From assembly GCA_036261625.1 (NCBI GenBank), contig DATAKL010000034.1, forward strand, positions 125,018-189,017: a stretch of 64,000 nt of DNA, given 5' to 3'. Below the pieces are notes generated by a model. That model was given only the letters and a program-made list of their open reading frames with translations. It was not told the origin of the DNA and ran no database searches. The DNA comes from Ignavibacteriales bacterium. Its GTDB lineage: Bacteria > Bacteroidota > Ignavibacteria > Ignavibacteriales > SURF-24. The position numbers were made by a program, and so were the translations under genes. Shown here in pieces: positions 45,504 to 55,397 of this stretch. Position 1 is the stretch's first letter. Every line of letters begins with the position of its first letter.

Positions 45504-46697
45504 TTATTTCAGAATCGGGACAATTTCATGCTGCCTTTCTTCACCTGTGGAGATAACACGGCCTTCGGGGGATATATAGACGTCAATTTCGCTTCTGACG
45601 CCGAAGTCCCCGGTAAGGTAAATCCCGGGTTCAATTGAAAAAGAGGTCGAAGGCAATAGGAGTCTTTCATCTCGGGTTTCAAAGTTATCCATATGCGCTC
45701 CCGAGCCGTGGGTCTCGGTAGTAATGGAGTGCCCGGTACGGTGAATAAAATAGTCGGCGTAGCCTGCATCCTTAATTACATTGCGGGCCGCGTCGTCGAC
45801 CTCGAAGCCGCGGACTTCCTTTGCCTCCCCGAAGCGCTTTTCAACAAGGCTGAAGGCCGCATCGCGCGCTTGGGCTACAATGTTAAATATTTTAGTGTAC
45901 TTTTCAGGCACCTCACTGCCCATAAAGCCAACCCAGGTAATATCAGCCATAACGGCATCCGGTGTATTCATTTTTGCCCAGAGATCTATGAGCACGAAGT
46001 CCCCTTCATGGATATCCTTATGCACACTCTCCTCCGGGGCATAGTGCGGGTTAGCGCTGTTTTCGTTTACGGCAACAATGGCATCGGAATCTGTAACCAT
46101 GTTTCTTTTTTTGAATTCATTCATAATGAACTGCTGTACATCATATTCATTTACCGCGGCGTGAGAGGCGGTTTTTTCCTTTATGAAGTTAAAGGCCAGC
46201 CTTACAATCTCATAGAGAGCACGGGCCGCGGTCTTATTTTCTTCGAACTGTTCCGGTGTCCACAGGGCCCCGAACATCGAGATCAGGTCGCCGGAGCTTT
46301 TAATGTCGATATTGAACGTCCTGAGGTATTCAATTGTCCCGGCATCCACTTTTGACACATAGGGAATGGCATTCATAGGGGAGTACTCCATGGCTACGGT
46401 TTTAAGTCCCGCGAGGCTGTCTTTTAAGTGCCTGTCCAGTGAAGCGTGGCTTGAGTAGGTAAGTTTCCTGCCCGGCAGGTGATCCAGGTGGAAAGCTTCA
46501 ATTCCGTTTACAATTTTAACCGGGGTGCCTTCTTTGGGAATGAGATAAAAGAACCTGCGTGTCAGGTGAGCATCCGGGGAAACGTTCAGTATTTCATGGG
46601 CCAGGGAGTTGGATCCTCTGAAATCATAAAACAGCCAGGCGTCAAAGTTCATTTTTTTTAAGATCTCCTGAACTTTTTCCAGGTCGAATTTTGCCAT
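45504..46697 (-). CDS. M24-family metallopeptidase (Xaa-Pro aminopeptidase/creatinase fold)
   Basis: Pita-bread metal-ligand blocks are present: FVLIDLWA, HRTGHSI, SIEPGIY and VRSEIDV. Confidence 0.82.
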   Translation of the reverse strand: MAKFDLEKVQEILKKMNFDAWLFYDFRGSNSLAHEILNVSPDAHLTRRFFYLIPKEGTPVKIVNGIEAFHLDHLPGRKLTYSSHASLDRHLKDSLAGLKTVAMEYSPMNAIPYVSKVDAGTIEYLRTFNIDIKSSGDLISMFGALWTPEQFEENKTAARALYEIVRLAFNFIKEKTASHAAVNEYDVQQFIMNEFKKRNMVTDSDAIVAVNENSANPHYAPEESVHKDIHEGDFVLIDLWAKMNTPDAVMADITWVGFMGSEVPEKYTKIFNIVAQARDAAFSLVEKRFGEAKEVRGFEVDDAARNVIKDAGYADYFIHRTGHSITTETHGSGAHMDNFETRDERLLLPSTSFSIEPGIYLTGDFGVRSEIDVYISPEGRVISTGEERQHEIVPILK

Positions 46698-46940
46698 TTT
46701 GAGTCCTCACGATTTTGTTAAAAGTTACCTAAATATAAGAAAAAGGGAGAGGTTTATAAACATACAGCGGTGAATTATTAGTTTTTCCTTGTCCTGCAGG
46801 AAAAATCTGTCCGGGGCCTTAAAGCGCCAAAAGAGCAAAATTTTGGCACTTGGTTTTCTGGAAATAATAAAGGAAATTGCGGCGGTTTAATGAACTTTCA
46901 CCATTTATAAAACATTATGCCTCTAAAAACAAAGGACATT

Positions 46941-47435
46941 ATGAACTTCAGAATACCAGCCGTGTTTTTAATTATATCCGTTTTAGCTTTTTCGGCCTGC
47001 AGCAGCAGCAAGACAGGTGCGGACGGAGGAAAGCTGAAGGATGAAAAACAGCAGGAGAAGGCTCAGACTTCCCCGCAGGCATCCGATTCATTGCACAAGC
47101 AGACATCCGTTGCCGGACTACCGACCGCAATAAAGGAAAACAGTTCAGTTATTACTGGCGAGATAATGGATAAAAAAATCAAGGGTGAGAGCGACTTTGA
47201 GCTGATGGTTATGGTAAAAGCCTCGGATGACACGGATTATGAAAATCTTATCGTTAAAGGAATGGTTTATCAGATGAAGCCCGCCTTTATAGAGGAAAAC
47301 GGAAAGATCCGGCCTGTGGGAAAAAACAGGAAACTGCTGGAACTAATGAGCCTGCCAAAGGGAAGCATCTTCAGAGCAAGAGTAAGCCTTTCTGAAGGCA
47401 ACAGCTGCATAATTCAGGAAGTTTTGGATAGGTAA
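46941..47435 (+). CDS. Hypothetical lipoprotein
   Basis: It has a signal peptide with the lipobox LAFSAC. The ORF-track start is 46917. Confidence 0.6.
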   Translation: MNFRIPAVFLIISVLAFSACSSSKTGADGGKLKDEKQQEKAQTSPQASDSLHKQTSVAGLPTAIKENSSVITGEIMDKKIKGESDFELMVMVKASDDTDYENLIVKGMVYQMKPAFIEENGKIRPVGKNRKLLELMSLPKGSIFRARVSLSEGNSCIIQEVLDR

Positions 47436-47454
47436 ATTGAATTGGAAATCGTAT

Positions 47455-50070
47455 ATGAAAAAACATAAAGTTGTTATTGTCTCTTTGCTGTTATCTTCAG
47501 CGCTTGTCTTATCATTTCTTTACCTTAACCGTCCGCATGTTCTGACGAACGAGGACTTTAAGGAACATAAAATTGAAGAGGAAAGGGAAGGCAAAGAAGA
47601 AGAGGAGGCAAGACCAGGTTATGCCGACAAAATGCTTGAGTGGTACTATGAGCAGAGATCATATCCAACAGGACAGATTCCCGAGGAGTGGAGGTCCAGG
47701 GCCTTAAAGCAGATAAATAAGAACAATCTTCAGCTGAAGAAAACTGCATCCACACTAAGCTGGACACAGCTGGGCCCGGGCAACATCGGCGGAAGAATCC
47801 GCAGTATTATAGTCGATCCCCGAAATTCTTCGGTAATTTACGCCGGTTCTGTAGCAGGCGGAATCTGGAAGACAACCAACGGGGGAAACAGCTGGTTCGC
47901 CCTGGACGATCATATGGAGAACCTTTCCATAGGCTCCCTGGTAATGGACCCCTCGAACCCGGATGTTATTTATGCCGGTACGGGAGAGGGCTTTGCAAAC
48001 ATTGACGCCTTGAGAGGAGAGGGAATTTTCAAATCCCAGGATGCAGGCAAAACCTGGACGAGGCTTTCCTCGACACTAAGCCCTGATTTTTATTATGTCA
48101 ACAAGCTTGCATTTGACAAAACAACAAACACACTCTGGGCTGCTACAAGAAGAGGACTCTTTAAGTCCACAGACGGCGGGAATACGTTTAACGTTGTAAC
48201 GAGTCTGCCGAACAGTTCAAACGTCCATGCAACCGATATTGTAATTTCATATGACACGCCCTCCAGGATTTATGTTGCCTTCGGCCTTTTTAACACCGCC
48301 GTTATCTATGAGAGCGCGGATGCCGGAAAGAGCTTCCAGCAGGTTTTTACTGCACCCGGAAACGGCAGAACTGTTCTTGCCGCATCGGCCTCAAACCCGA
48401 AGGTGGTTTACCTTTCGGCAATGAAACTTTCAGACAACACGGCCGGTATCATGAGAGTAACAAAAGACGGCGGCGCAAGCTGGGACTCCCTGAAGGTGCC
48501 GGGGCCAAGCCTGTCGGGCTCTTCTACATACACTTCCAACCAGGCCTGGTACGATAACATAATTGCCGTCGACCCGCAGGATCCGAATACGGTCTATGCC
48601 GGCGGGCTGGATTTCTGGAAGTCGCAGGACGGGGGCAAAACCTGGACACAGAAGACCAACTGGTATACTTACGGGGGCTATGCCTATGTGCATGCCGATC
48701 ACCATGCAATGACCATAGATCCTTCGAACAGCAATAATATTTATCTCGGCACTGACGGCGGTATATTCAAATCCACAAACAAGGGCTCAGGCTGGACGGA
48801 CCTTAATAACAATCTTTTCGTAACACAGTTTTACTATGGAGCCGTGGACCCAGCCTCGAACAAGTACTACGGCGGAGCACAGGATAACGGCACAATCAAA
48901 TCCGACGGCGGAACAGACTGGTATGAGATCCTTAGCGGCGACGGCGGCGCCGTGGAGGTGGATTATAATAATCCGAACACCATTTACATGGAATATGTCG
49001 ACCTGGCAGTTTACAAGTCCACCGACGGGGGGCAGCATTATACGAAAGCCATGACAGGAATTCCCGTCAGCGGGACGGACGAATGGTCCGGAACTTCCGA
49101 CAGGGTGCAGTTCATAGCTCCTTTTGCAATCGATCCCAATAACCCGAATACCCTGGTTGCTGGTACATACAGAGTTTACAAAACTACAAACGGCGCTTCA
49201 AACTGGTCTGCCGTTAGCGGGGATCTTACAGGAGACGGCACGGGACCATCCGGCGCAAAGATCTCAACAGTCGTTATTGCAAAGGGCAATTCAGATGTAA
49301 TATATGCCGGATGCTCGAACGGCGTCGTAGGCTCGACTCAGGACGGCGGGAAAACCTGGAATACAAAGGGTACGGGGCTCCCAAATTTGAGCACAACAAA
49401 AATTGCAGTTGATTCAAAAGATCCTGCCGCGGCTTATGCCGCTTTTTCAGGCTACTCCGACGGGCAGAAGGTCTTTAAGACAACTGATTACGGAGCAAGC
49501 TGGACGAACATCTCGGGCAATCTCCCGAATGTTCCCGTTAACTGCATCCTTGTAAACAAGCTGGACAACAAAAACCTTGCAGTTGGAACGGACCTGGGCG
49601 TTTTTACCAGCGCCGACGGGGGGGGAAGCTGGGTGCAGAATAATGACGGACTTGCCAACGTTTCAGTTGCGGACCTGGACTACAGGGATTCGGATAACAG
49701 AATATTTGCCGCCACACACGGCAGGGGAATGTTCTCGGCCCAGTGGAATTTTTCAACTACTCTTGTAGACGAGAGTACACAGAAGGCTCCGGAGAGTTTT
49801 GATCTTGCACAGAACTATCCTAATCCTTTCAACCCTTCAACTACAATCAAGTACCAGATTCCGGAGGCTGCAAACGTCAAGGTGACGGTTTATGACGTCA
49901 CAGGCAAACAGGTTGCTGAACTGGTTAACGATTACAAGCAGGCAGGGCATTACGAGGTCAGCTGGACGGGGCACGACAACTCCGGGCACCAGGTTGCAAG
50001 CGGAATTTACCTTTATACAATACAGGCGGGATCGTTTACGAAGTCGATGAAGATGATGCTGCTGAAATGA
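47455..50070 (+). CDS. BNR/sortilin (VPS10)-repeat beta-propeller protein with a T9SS C-terminal sorting domain
   Basis: At least 10 repeats of the (W/F/Y)K(S/T)xDGGxxW type are present (WKTTNGGNSW, FKSQDAGKTW, WKSQDGGKTW ...). The CTD reads LAQNYPNPFNPSTTIKYQIP...GIYLYTIQAGSFTKSMKMMLLK. I place the start at ATG 47455; the ORF track has TTG 47437. Confidence 0.85.
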   Translation: MKKHKVVIVSLLLSSALVLSFLYLNRPHVLTNEDFKEHKIEEEREGKEEEEARPGYADKMLEWYYEQRSYPTGQIPEEWRSRALKQINKNNLQLKKTASTLSWTQLGPGNIGGRIRSIIVDPRNSSVIYAGSVAGGIWKTTNGGNSWFALDDHMENLSIGSLVMDPSNPDVIYAGTGEGFANIDALRGEGIFKSQDAGKTWTRLSSTLSPDFYYVNKLAFDKTTNTLWAATRRGLFKSTDGGNTFNVVTSLPNSSNVHATDIVISYDTPSRIYVAFGLFNTAVIYESADAGKSFQQVFTAPGNGRTVLAASASNPKVVYLSAMKLSDNTAGIMRVTKDGGASWDSLKVPGPSLSGSSTYTSNQAWYDNIIAVDPQDPNTVYAGGLDFWKSQDGGKTWTQKTNWYTYGGYAYVHADHHAMTIDPSNSNNIYLGTDGGIFKSTNKGSGWTDLNNNLFVTQFYYGAVDPASNKYYGGAQDNGTIKSDGGTDWYEILSGDGGAVEVDYNNPNTIYMEYVDLAVYKSTDGGQHYTKAMTGIPVSGTDEWSGTSDRVQFIAPFAIDPNNPNTLVAGTYRVYKTTNGASNWSAVSGDLTGDGTGPSGAKISTVVIAKGNSDVIYAGCSNGVVGSTQDGGKTWNTKGTGLPNLSTTKIAVDSKDPAAAYAAFSGYSDGQKVFKTTDYGASWTNISGNLPNVPVNCILVNKLDNKNLAVGTDLGVFTSADGGGSWVQNNDGLANVSVADLDYRDSDNRIFAATHGRGMFSAQWNFSTTLVDESTQKAPESFDLAQNYPNPFNPSTTIKYQIPEAANVKVTVYDVTGKQVAELVNDYKQAGHYEVSWTGHDNSGHQVASGIYLYTIQAGSFTKSMKMMLLK

Positions 50071-50072
50071 GG

Positions 50073-50107
50073 TTCGACGTTCAACGTTCAACGTTCGACG
50101 TTCGACG
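50073..50107 (+). repeat. Tandem heptamer array, 5 copies of TTCRACG
   Basis: The array reads ttcgacg ttcaacg ttcaacg ttcgacg ttcgacg and begins 3 nt after the stop codon. It is the same unit as at 3043-3070, in the opposite orientation. Confidence 0.9.
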
Positions 50108-50122
50108 GTAAGAAATAAAAAA

Positions 50123-50156
50123 GGCACATCACTTTTTAAGGTGATCTGCCTTTGTT
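50123..50156. terminator. Bidirectional terminator between convergent genes
   Basis: GGCACATCAC / GTGATCTGCC stem with one mismatch, an A run upstream and TTTGTTG downstream. Confidence 0.7.
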
Positions 50157-50176
50157 GATTTTAGAGTCTTTTGGAC

Positions 50177-51220
50177 TTAGGCCTGCTGGGGCTGCTTTGT
50201 GAAAAGCTTCTGAAATTCCTTCGGCTTTCTTTCCTTCCATGAGCCCTTGTGATATGCATAGCCTGTAATTAAAGGCATTGCAATAGTTGCTTCTGCATAA
50301 ACCATCTGCTCGTATGTGGTTTCAACCTTGCCCCATGAGCTGGCTTCTTTGAGTGTTGAACCTGAAAGGGCGCCGTCGCGTTCATCAGCAACAGTGATCT
50401 GTACGGCATATTTGTGCATTGGAGCAGATTCATTAAGAATGTCTGCAGCAACTACGATGTCCTGTGTGAAGTTCTTCGGAACGCCGCCGCCGATCATGAA
50501 AATACCGCTTTCCTTTGAAGCGATCTTTACCTGTGTCAGTTCAAGAAAATCCTTTGCAGAATCGATCGATACGTGCTTGTCGGGATTTTTTGTCTGATGC
50601 ATTACAAATCCGAAACCTGCAGAGCAGTCTGAGAAAGCAGGAACAAAGATCGGCACATTTTTCTTGTAAGCGGTATAGACTATAGAATCGTCGCACTTGG
50701 GTCCGCCGTTATTTTCCAGGTAGCGCCCCATTTCATATATAAATTCGCGCGAGGAATAAGGGCGTTTTTCAAGTGAATCTGCAATCTTGCCGATTGTTTC
50801 GTCGCAGACTCTTAACTCATCTTCATCGATGAATGTGTCGTAAATTCTGTCGATTGCCAGATCTCTCATTTCATTGTCATTAACCCATTTGGTACCGATG
50901 TAATGCTTGAAGCCGAGCGCTTCGAAAAAGTCCTGATCCACAATCAAGGCTCCCGTGGAAACAATAGCATCGACCATGTTGTTGTTGACCAGGTCAAAAA
51001 CAACTTTCTTAAGTCCTGCCGAGAATATGCTTCCTGCGAGCGTAAGGAATACAGTACAGTCCTTTTCCTTAAGCATCATATCGTATATTCTTGCTGCGCG
51101 GTTAAGGTCGCGAGCTGAGAAAGCCATTTTCTCCATAGCCTCCACGACGGGGACCACGTTGTTCTGCTTTATGTCGTAATGCTGAATTGTCTCTTTGAGA
51201 TAGTCTTTTTTCTCTGCCAT
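50177..51220 (-). CDS. Deoxyhypusine synthase family protein (homospermidine-synthase-like)
   Basis: 347 aa with DHS-family blocks (FLTLAGSIFSAGLKK, VDAIVSTGA, GGGVPKNF). Confidence 0.8.
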   Translation of the reverse strand: MAEKKDYLKETIQHYDIKQNNVVPVVEAMEKMAFSARDLNRAARIYDMMLKEKDCTVFLTLAGSIFSAGLKKVVFDLVNNNMVDAIVSTGALIVDQDFFEALGFKHYIGTKWVNDNEMRDLAIDRIYDTFIDEDELRVCDETIGKIADSLEKRPYSSREFIYEMGRYLENNGGPKCDDSIVYTAYKKNVPIFVPAFSDCSAGFGFVMHQTKNPDKHVSIDSAKDFLELTQVKIASKESGIFMIGGGVPKNFTQDIVVAADILNESAPMHKYAVQITVADERDGALSGSTLKEASSWGKVETTYEQMVYAEATIAMPLITGYAYHKGSWKERKPKEFQKLFTKQPQQA

Positions 51221-51309
51221 TTTTTCTTTTTTCTCCTTTTTTTACTTACTAAATATAATAGAAAAATCTTTTTTCTACAGGGGATAAATTGGCACTTACT
51301 GCAGATTTA

Positions 51310-52347
51310 TTAGAAGAACTGCTTGGCCACTTTGAGAACTCCCTGTTTCCAGGGGACTCTGTGTGAAACGCCCGACTGGTCCTTAAAGGTTTCCAGATTC
51401 TCGAGGTACCATTTATAATTTCTGATTAGGGCATCCTTGTTTGAATATTCCGGGTGAAAACCGAGTATCCGTTCAGCTTTTTCAATAGAAACAAAGGAAT
51501 CCCTGGATGCCGTCTCATAAACCCATTTATAGAGCGGGGAAAGTTTAAGAAACTCTAAAAATTTCAGTGCAAATATAACAGGTTTTTCGGGAAGACCAAC
51601 AATTTTTTTTCCGAAACCGGCAAAGTCGAGTACGGCCTGGTAGTCTTCCTTCATCGTTGTAAAGTCTTTGGCTCCTATATTAAAGGTATCATTTACCACA
51701 TTTTCGGGAAGTTTTGCGCAGCTGTAGATGGCACGGCAAAGGTCCTCGACGTCCAGAAGCTGGTAGCGGTTATTCCCTTTGCCGATCATCGGGAATCCCT
51801 TGCCGCTATTAGCCCAGTCGTATAAGAGCGCAAAAACGCCCAGGCGTTCAGGGCCTATAAAGGACTTAGGGCGGAGCACCGGTACACAGAATCCCTTCTG
51901 GCGGAATTTCAGGCACTCCTCTTCGGCCTGTATCTTGGCCTCGCCGTAAGGGCCCACACCCTGAAGGCGGTCGCTCTCGTAGATCGGGTGGTGGTCGGGT
52001 ATGCCGTAGACGGCAGTAGATGAAATATGTATAAACCTTTTTACTCCCGAACTGAAGGCTGTCTCAAGCAGGAGCCTTGTGCCTTCAACATCCGTCGTGT
52101 AAATTTCCTCTTTTGAGTACAAGGGAAGGGCTGCTGCAGTATGGACAACAACATCAACCGTCTCGATTGCCCGTTTTACATCCTCTTTGTTCCTTATGTC
52201 TCCTTTTACTGCGGTTATCCTGCCTGAAACATCAGTGTAGTTAAAGTCGGTAATGTCAAGAGAAGTTACTTCTTCGTTCTTTTCAAGAAGGTATCTAATC
52301 AGGTTTATACCCAGAAACCCGGCCCCTCCGGTCACAAGAAATCTCAT
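51310..52347 (-). CDS. NAD-dependent epimerase/dehydratase (extended SDR)
   Basis: The N-terminal MRFLVTGGAGFLG Rossmann motif and YGEAK, the YxxxK catalytic motif, are present. I prefer ATG 52347 to the TTG at 52359. Confidence 0.85.
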   Translation of the reverse strand: MRFLVTGGAGFLGINLIRYLLEKNEEVTSLDITDFNYTDVSGRITAVKGDIRNKEDVKRAIETVDVVVHTAAALPLYSKEEIYTTDVEGTRLLLETAFSSGVKRFIHISSTAVYGIPDHHPIYESDRLQGVGPYGEAKIQAEEECLKFRQKGFCVPVLRPKSFIGPERLGVFALLYDWANSGKGFPMIGKGNNRYQLLDVEDLCRAIYSCAKLPENVVNDTFNIGAKDFTTMKEDYQAVLDFAGFGKKIVGLPEKPVIFALKFLEFLKLSPLYKWVYETASRDSFVSIEKAERILGFHPEYSNKDALIRNYKWYLENLETFKDQSGVSHRVPWKQGVLKVAKQFF

Positions 52348-52556
52348 ATTAAAATCCAAGTTTATGGTAAGTTTATCCTTAAAATTAACAATTTTGCGGA
52401 ATTCTCAAAAAAAAATCTTAATCCTTTTACGCTGAAAAGCTCCTCCTTGAAACAAGGCTGATGAAACTGCTCTAAAAGTTTTGTGTTTGTTCTTCGGCCT
52501 TAGTGTGTAAAGCAAATGTAACTGAAACTCATTGCCATTTTTTGTATAATTGTAAG

Positions 52557-53441
52557 ATGATAAATTCAAATGAACATAGTACCCCGAAGCCGGAAGCTGA
52601 AAAAGAGGAAACTGAAAAGCCCCTGCGCCATTTCGGCGGCCTTTACAGCATGATCGTTTCGGCAGTGCTGCATCTGGCAGTATTCTTTGGGCTTATCATT
52701 ATAATGAGAATAGCCGAAGCCGGTTCCGGCAGTTCCTACGGGGGGTACTATGTGGATATGGCCTCGCCTAAAGGGCCTTTAGGCGGAAGCTTAAACACGC
52801 AGGATGCCCAGGCTGAAGATAAACCGCTCACGAATGAAAAACTTACGAATGAAAAGGCAGAGGAGAAAAAGAACCCGGAGTCTCTGCCCGATATAAAAAA
52901 GAGCGCGCAGAAGGAAACTGAAACTCTAAAGACGGGTAAGGAGGCGCCGGAAAACAAGGCCCTTACTCAGGCCTCCCGGGGGGGACAAAACGGGGGCTAC
53001 TACAATATGAACTCAGGAGGCTTCGACTCAACCGGCCTGGCCCAGGTTTACAAGGAGCCCACGCTTAGGGTTACTCTCAGGTACCCTTCAGGCTGGGTGT
53101 ATCTAGATCAGCAAAGGAAAAAAAAGCTCGACGGCATTACCTTCTGGGCCTCGGAGGGCAGCTATAATCCCCCTCCATACATTCATGTTGAGGTTGTTGA
53201 AAAATATATTTTTAATCCCGATCAGTACAAATATAAGTACGATTTTAACCGCTTCACCGGCTATTACAATGATCCCGAGGAAATGGAAAACCAGGTCTCG
53301 CAGACAATATACATCAGGACCGGGGATGATGAGGATTATTCAATAAAGCTCATTATGCAGGGGCGCGAGGCCTTTAAGGAGTTTCAGCCGGTTTTCTTTG
53401 CAATGGTTAAATCCTTCCGCTTCGGCAGCTCACTTTTCTGA
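52557..53441 (+). CDS. Hypothetical membrane-anchored protein with an acidic/lysine-rich linker
   Basis: One TM helix (MIVSAVLHLAVFFGLIIIMRIA), a low-complexity linker containing a duplicated LTNEK, and an unrecognised C-terminal domain. The ORF-track start is GTG 52503. Confidence 0.55.
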   Translation: MINSNEHSTPKPEAEKEETEKPLRHFGGLYSMIVSAVLHLAVFFGLIIIMRIAEAGSGSSYGGYYVDMASPKGPLGGSLNTQDAQAEDKPLTNEKLTNEKAEEKKNPESLPDIKKSAQKETETLKTGKEAPENKALTQASRGGQNGGYYNMNSGGFDSTGLAQVYKEPTLRVTLRYPSGWVYLDQQRKKKLDGITFWASEGSYNPPPYIHVEVVEKYIFNPDQYKYKYDFNRFTGYYNDPEEMENQVSQTIYIRTGDDEDYSIKLIMQGREAFKEFQPVFFAMVKSFRFGSSLF

Positions 53442-53534
53442 CACATCTTTTCAGGTGTTTTGAATAATACCATTGAATATTATTTTATTTCATCTATTTT
53501 TATTAAATGGGAAAAATTACAGGAATATTTTAAG

Positions 53535-54236
53535 ATGAAAAAAAATAACATGAAAAAAGCAATGCTCTTTGCTTTAGGCTTCATCATGCTGGTTTCAGGT
53601 ATGAATTCTCTTTTTGCACAGGATGAAAAGTTCGAAGGCACCGCCGAGATGACCTTAAAGGGAAAAAAGTCGGACAATGACGTAAAGTACTACGCAAAGA
53701 ATAATATGGCCAGGGTTGAGATGGGCGAAAATGCCGGTAAAGAGACAAATATGCCTCTGCAGGGAACGATTATTTTTAAGAACGATGAGATGTTTATCCT
53801 GATGCCTTCAAGGAAGACATACGTGGAAAAACCTCTGAATATAACAAATAAATTAAATGAACTAAGCCGCCGGGAGGACCTGGAGAGCAAGATAAGCCGT
53901 ACCGGTCAGCAGAAAGATATCCTTGGCCATAAAACCGATCAGTGGATAATGAAGACCAATAGCGGCGAAATAGAACTCTGGAATACGCATGATCTGGGGA
54001 ACATTCTCTTCTTCCAGAATACAGGTGCAGGCAGTTATCCCAAGTGGTTCCAGGAATTAACCGCAGGGGGATTTTTCCCGCTCTTAGTCATTCAGCGCGA
54101 CTTAAACGGAAATGAAGTCAACCGCCTTGAGGTCAAAAATGTAAAGAAGGAGACTGTGGACAATAAATATTTCGAGATCCCTTCAGATTATAAGAGGACC
54201 GAAGGAAGACAGAGGACCGGGGGGACTAAGAAATAA
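53535..54236 (+). CDS. Secreted hypothetical protein (possibly DUF4412-like)
   Basis: It has the signal peptide MKKNNMKKAMLFALGFIMLVSGMNSLFAQ. The family assignment is from memory only. Confidence 0.5.
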   Translation: MKKNNMKKAMLFALGFIMLVSGMNSLFAQDEKFEGTAEMTLKGKKSDNDVKYYAKNNMARVEMGENAGKETNMPLQGTIIFKNDEMFILMPSRKTYVEKPLNITNKLNELSRREDLESKISRTGQQKDILGHKTDQWIMKTNSGEIELWNTHDLGNILFFQNTGAGSYPKWFQELTAGGFFPLLVIQRDLNGNEVNRLEVKNVKKETVDNKYFEIPSDYKRTEGRQRTGGTKK

Positions 54237-54409
54237 GAGGCTTGACTTAGGGCACACAGGAGAGTTGGAAGAGGGGAAAAATTTGGTTAAAAGGCTTAAA
54301 ACGAAAGAATTTATGCAAAAATATTCCTTAGTTTCTTGACTTTGTTTTAAGATAGAGTTAACTTTAAGACCTTTATTGGGAAAAAATAGTTGATTCGGAG
54401 GAGAATTAA

Positions 54410-54850
54410 GTGAAACAAGAAAAAATGACCAGATTTATCAGCACCGAGAATGCCGGTAAAAAATGGTACGTAGTAGATGCCAAAGATCAGGTTTTAGGCA
54501 GATTGGCAGCCAGAATAGCCCGCGTCATCAGAGGCAAGGAAAAGGCAATCTTTACTCCTAATGCCGATACAGGTGACTTTGTTGTTGTGGTAAATGCCGA
54601 TCAGGTTAGGATGACAGGAAAAAGGGAACTTCAGAAGACCTATTTCCATCATTCAGGATATCCGGGCGGCGGAAAAATCAGAAGCTTTGATGAATTAGTT
54701 CAGAAGGATCCAGAATTCGTCATTCAGCATGCCGTCAAGGGAATGCTCCCCAAGAACAGATTAGGCAAGAAATTAATAAAGAAGCTTAAAGTATATGCGG
54801 GCGAAAAACATCCGCATGAAGCTCAGAAACCAGAGACATTAAGTTTATAA
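54410..54850 (+). CDS. rplM: 50S ribosomal protein L13
   Basis: [25 protein letters not shown] and [11 protein letters not shown] are present. GGAGGAG lies 6 nt before GTG 54410; ATG 54425 is an alternative start. Confidence 0.93.
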   Translation: MKQEKMTRFISTENAGKKWYVVDAKDQVLGRLAARIARVIRGKEKAIFTPNADTGDFVVVVNADQVRMTGKRELQKTYFHHSGYPGGGKIRSFDELVQKDPEFVIQHAVKGMLPKNRLGKKLIKKLKVYAGEKHPHEAQKPETLSL

Positions 54851-54863
54851 TTGGAGTTATTTA

Positions 54864-55250
54864 ATGGTGGATAACATTTACGTCGGTCGTAGAAAAACCG
54901 CAGTTGCCAGAGTAATTTTAAGAAATGGTAACGGAAAAATTACCGTTAACGAAAAGGAATTTGAAACAGCTTTCTCCCTTGAGACACACAGGGATGATAT
55001 CTTAGCTCCCCTGAAGGTTACAGACACATTAGGCAAGTACGACATTTTTGCCAATGTTCAGGGCGGCGGTACAACAGGTCAGGCTCAGGCTGTAAGACTT
55101 GGTATTGCAAGAGCTTTGGAAGCAATTAATCCTGATTTCCGTCCGGCGCTGAAGGCTGAAGGCTATCTGACCCGTGATCCCAGAATGGTCGAACGTAAGA
55201 AATACGGCAGACCCAAAGCAAGAAAAAGATTCCAGTTCTCCAAGAGATAA
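54864..55250 (+). CDS. rpsI: 30S ribosomal protein S9
   Basis: [29 protein letters not shown] and the C-terminal [17 protein letters not shown] are present. Confidence 0.95.
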   Translation: MVDNIYVGRRKTAVARVILRNGNGKITVNEKEFETAFSLETHRDDILAPLKVTDTLGKYDIFANVQGGGTTGQAQAVRLGIARALEAINPDFRPALKAEGYLTRDPRMVERKKYGRPKARKRFQFSKR

Positions 55251-55276
55251 TCTTTTTGAGAGATTATCTCTTTTTA
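55243..55276 (+). terminator. Rho-independent terminator overlapping the rpsI stop
   Basis: AGAGATAATCT / AGATTATCTCT is an 11-bp stem followed by TTTT. Confidence 0.8.
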
Positions 55277-55397
55277 AGGCTGGTAAATTAAAATATTTTA
55301 TTAACCATTCATACTTTTGGATTTACCGACTGTGTCCCGCATGAAAAGGGATTTAGGTGAAGATGAAAAAAGTAGAAGTAAAACAGGAACGAGTGAA

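Noticed and set aside
50071-50110. GGTTCGAC resembles a tRNA T-arm (GGTTCGA), so a tRNA or tmRNA fragment was considered.
   Set aside because: The surrounding sequence is a pure heptamer tandem repeat. It has no acceptor, D or anticodon arms.
49837-50127. A 96-aa minus-strand ORF contains VERRTLNVERRT.
   Set aside because: The repeated peptide is just the heptamer array read through, since three heptamers equal seven codons. The rest of the ORF is antisense to the T9SS CTD.
55317-55397. An upstream extension of rpsB, the ORF-track start at 55317. Similar extensions exist for treZ (23480-23539) and the 52503 and 53460 ORFs.
   Set aside because: The extensions use non-ATG starts and add residues not found in the conserved families. 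Internal ATGs give canonical N-termini or signal peptides.
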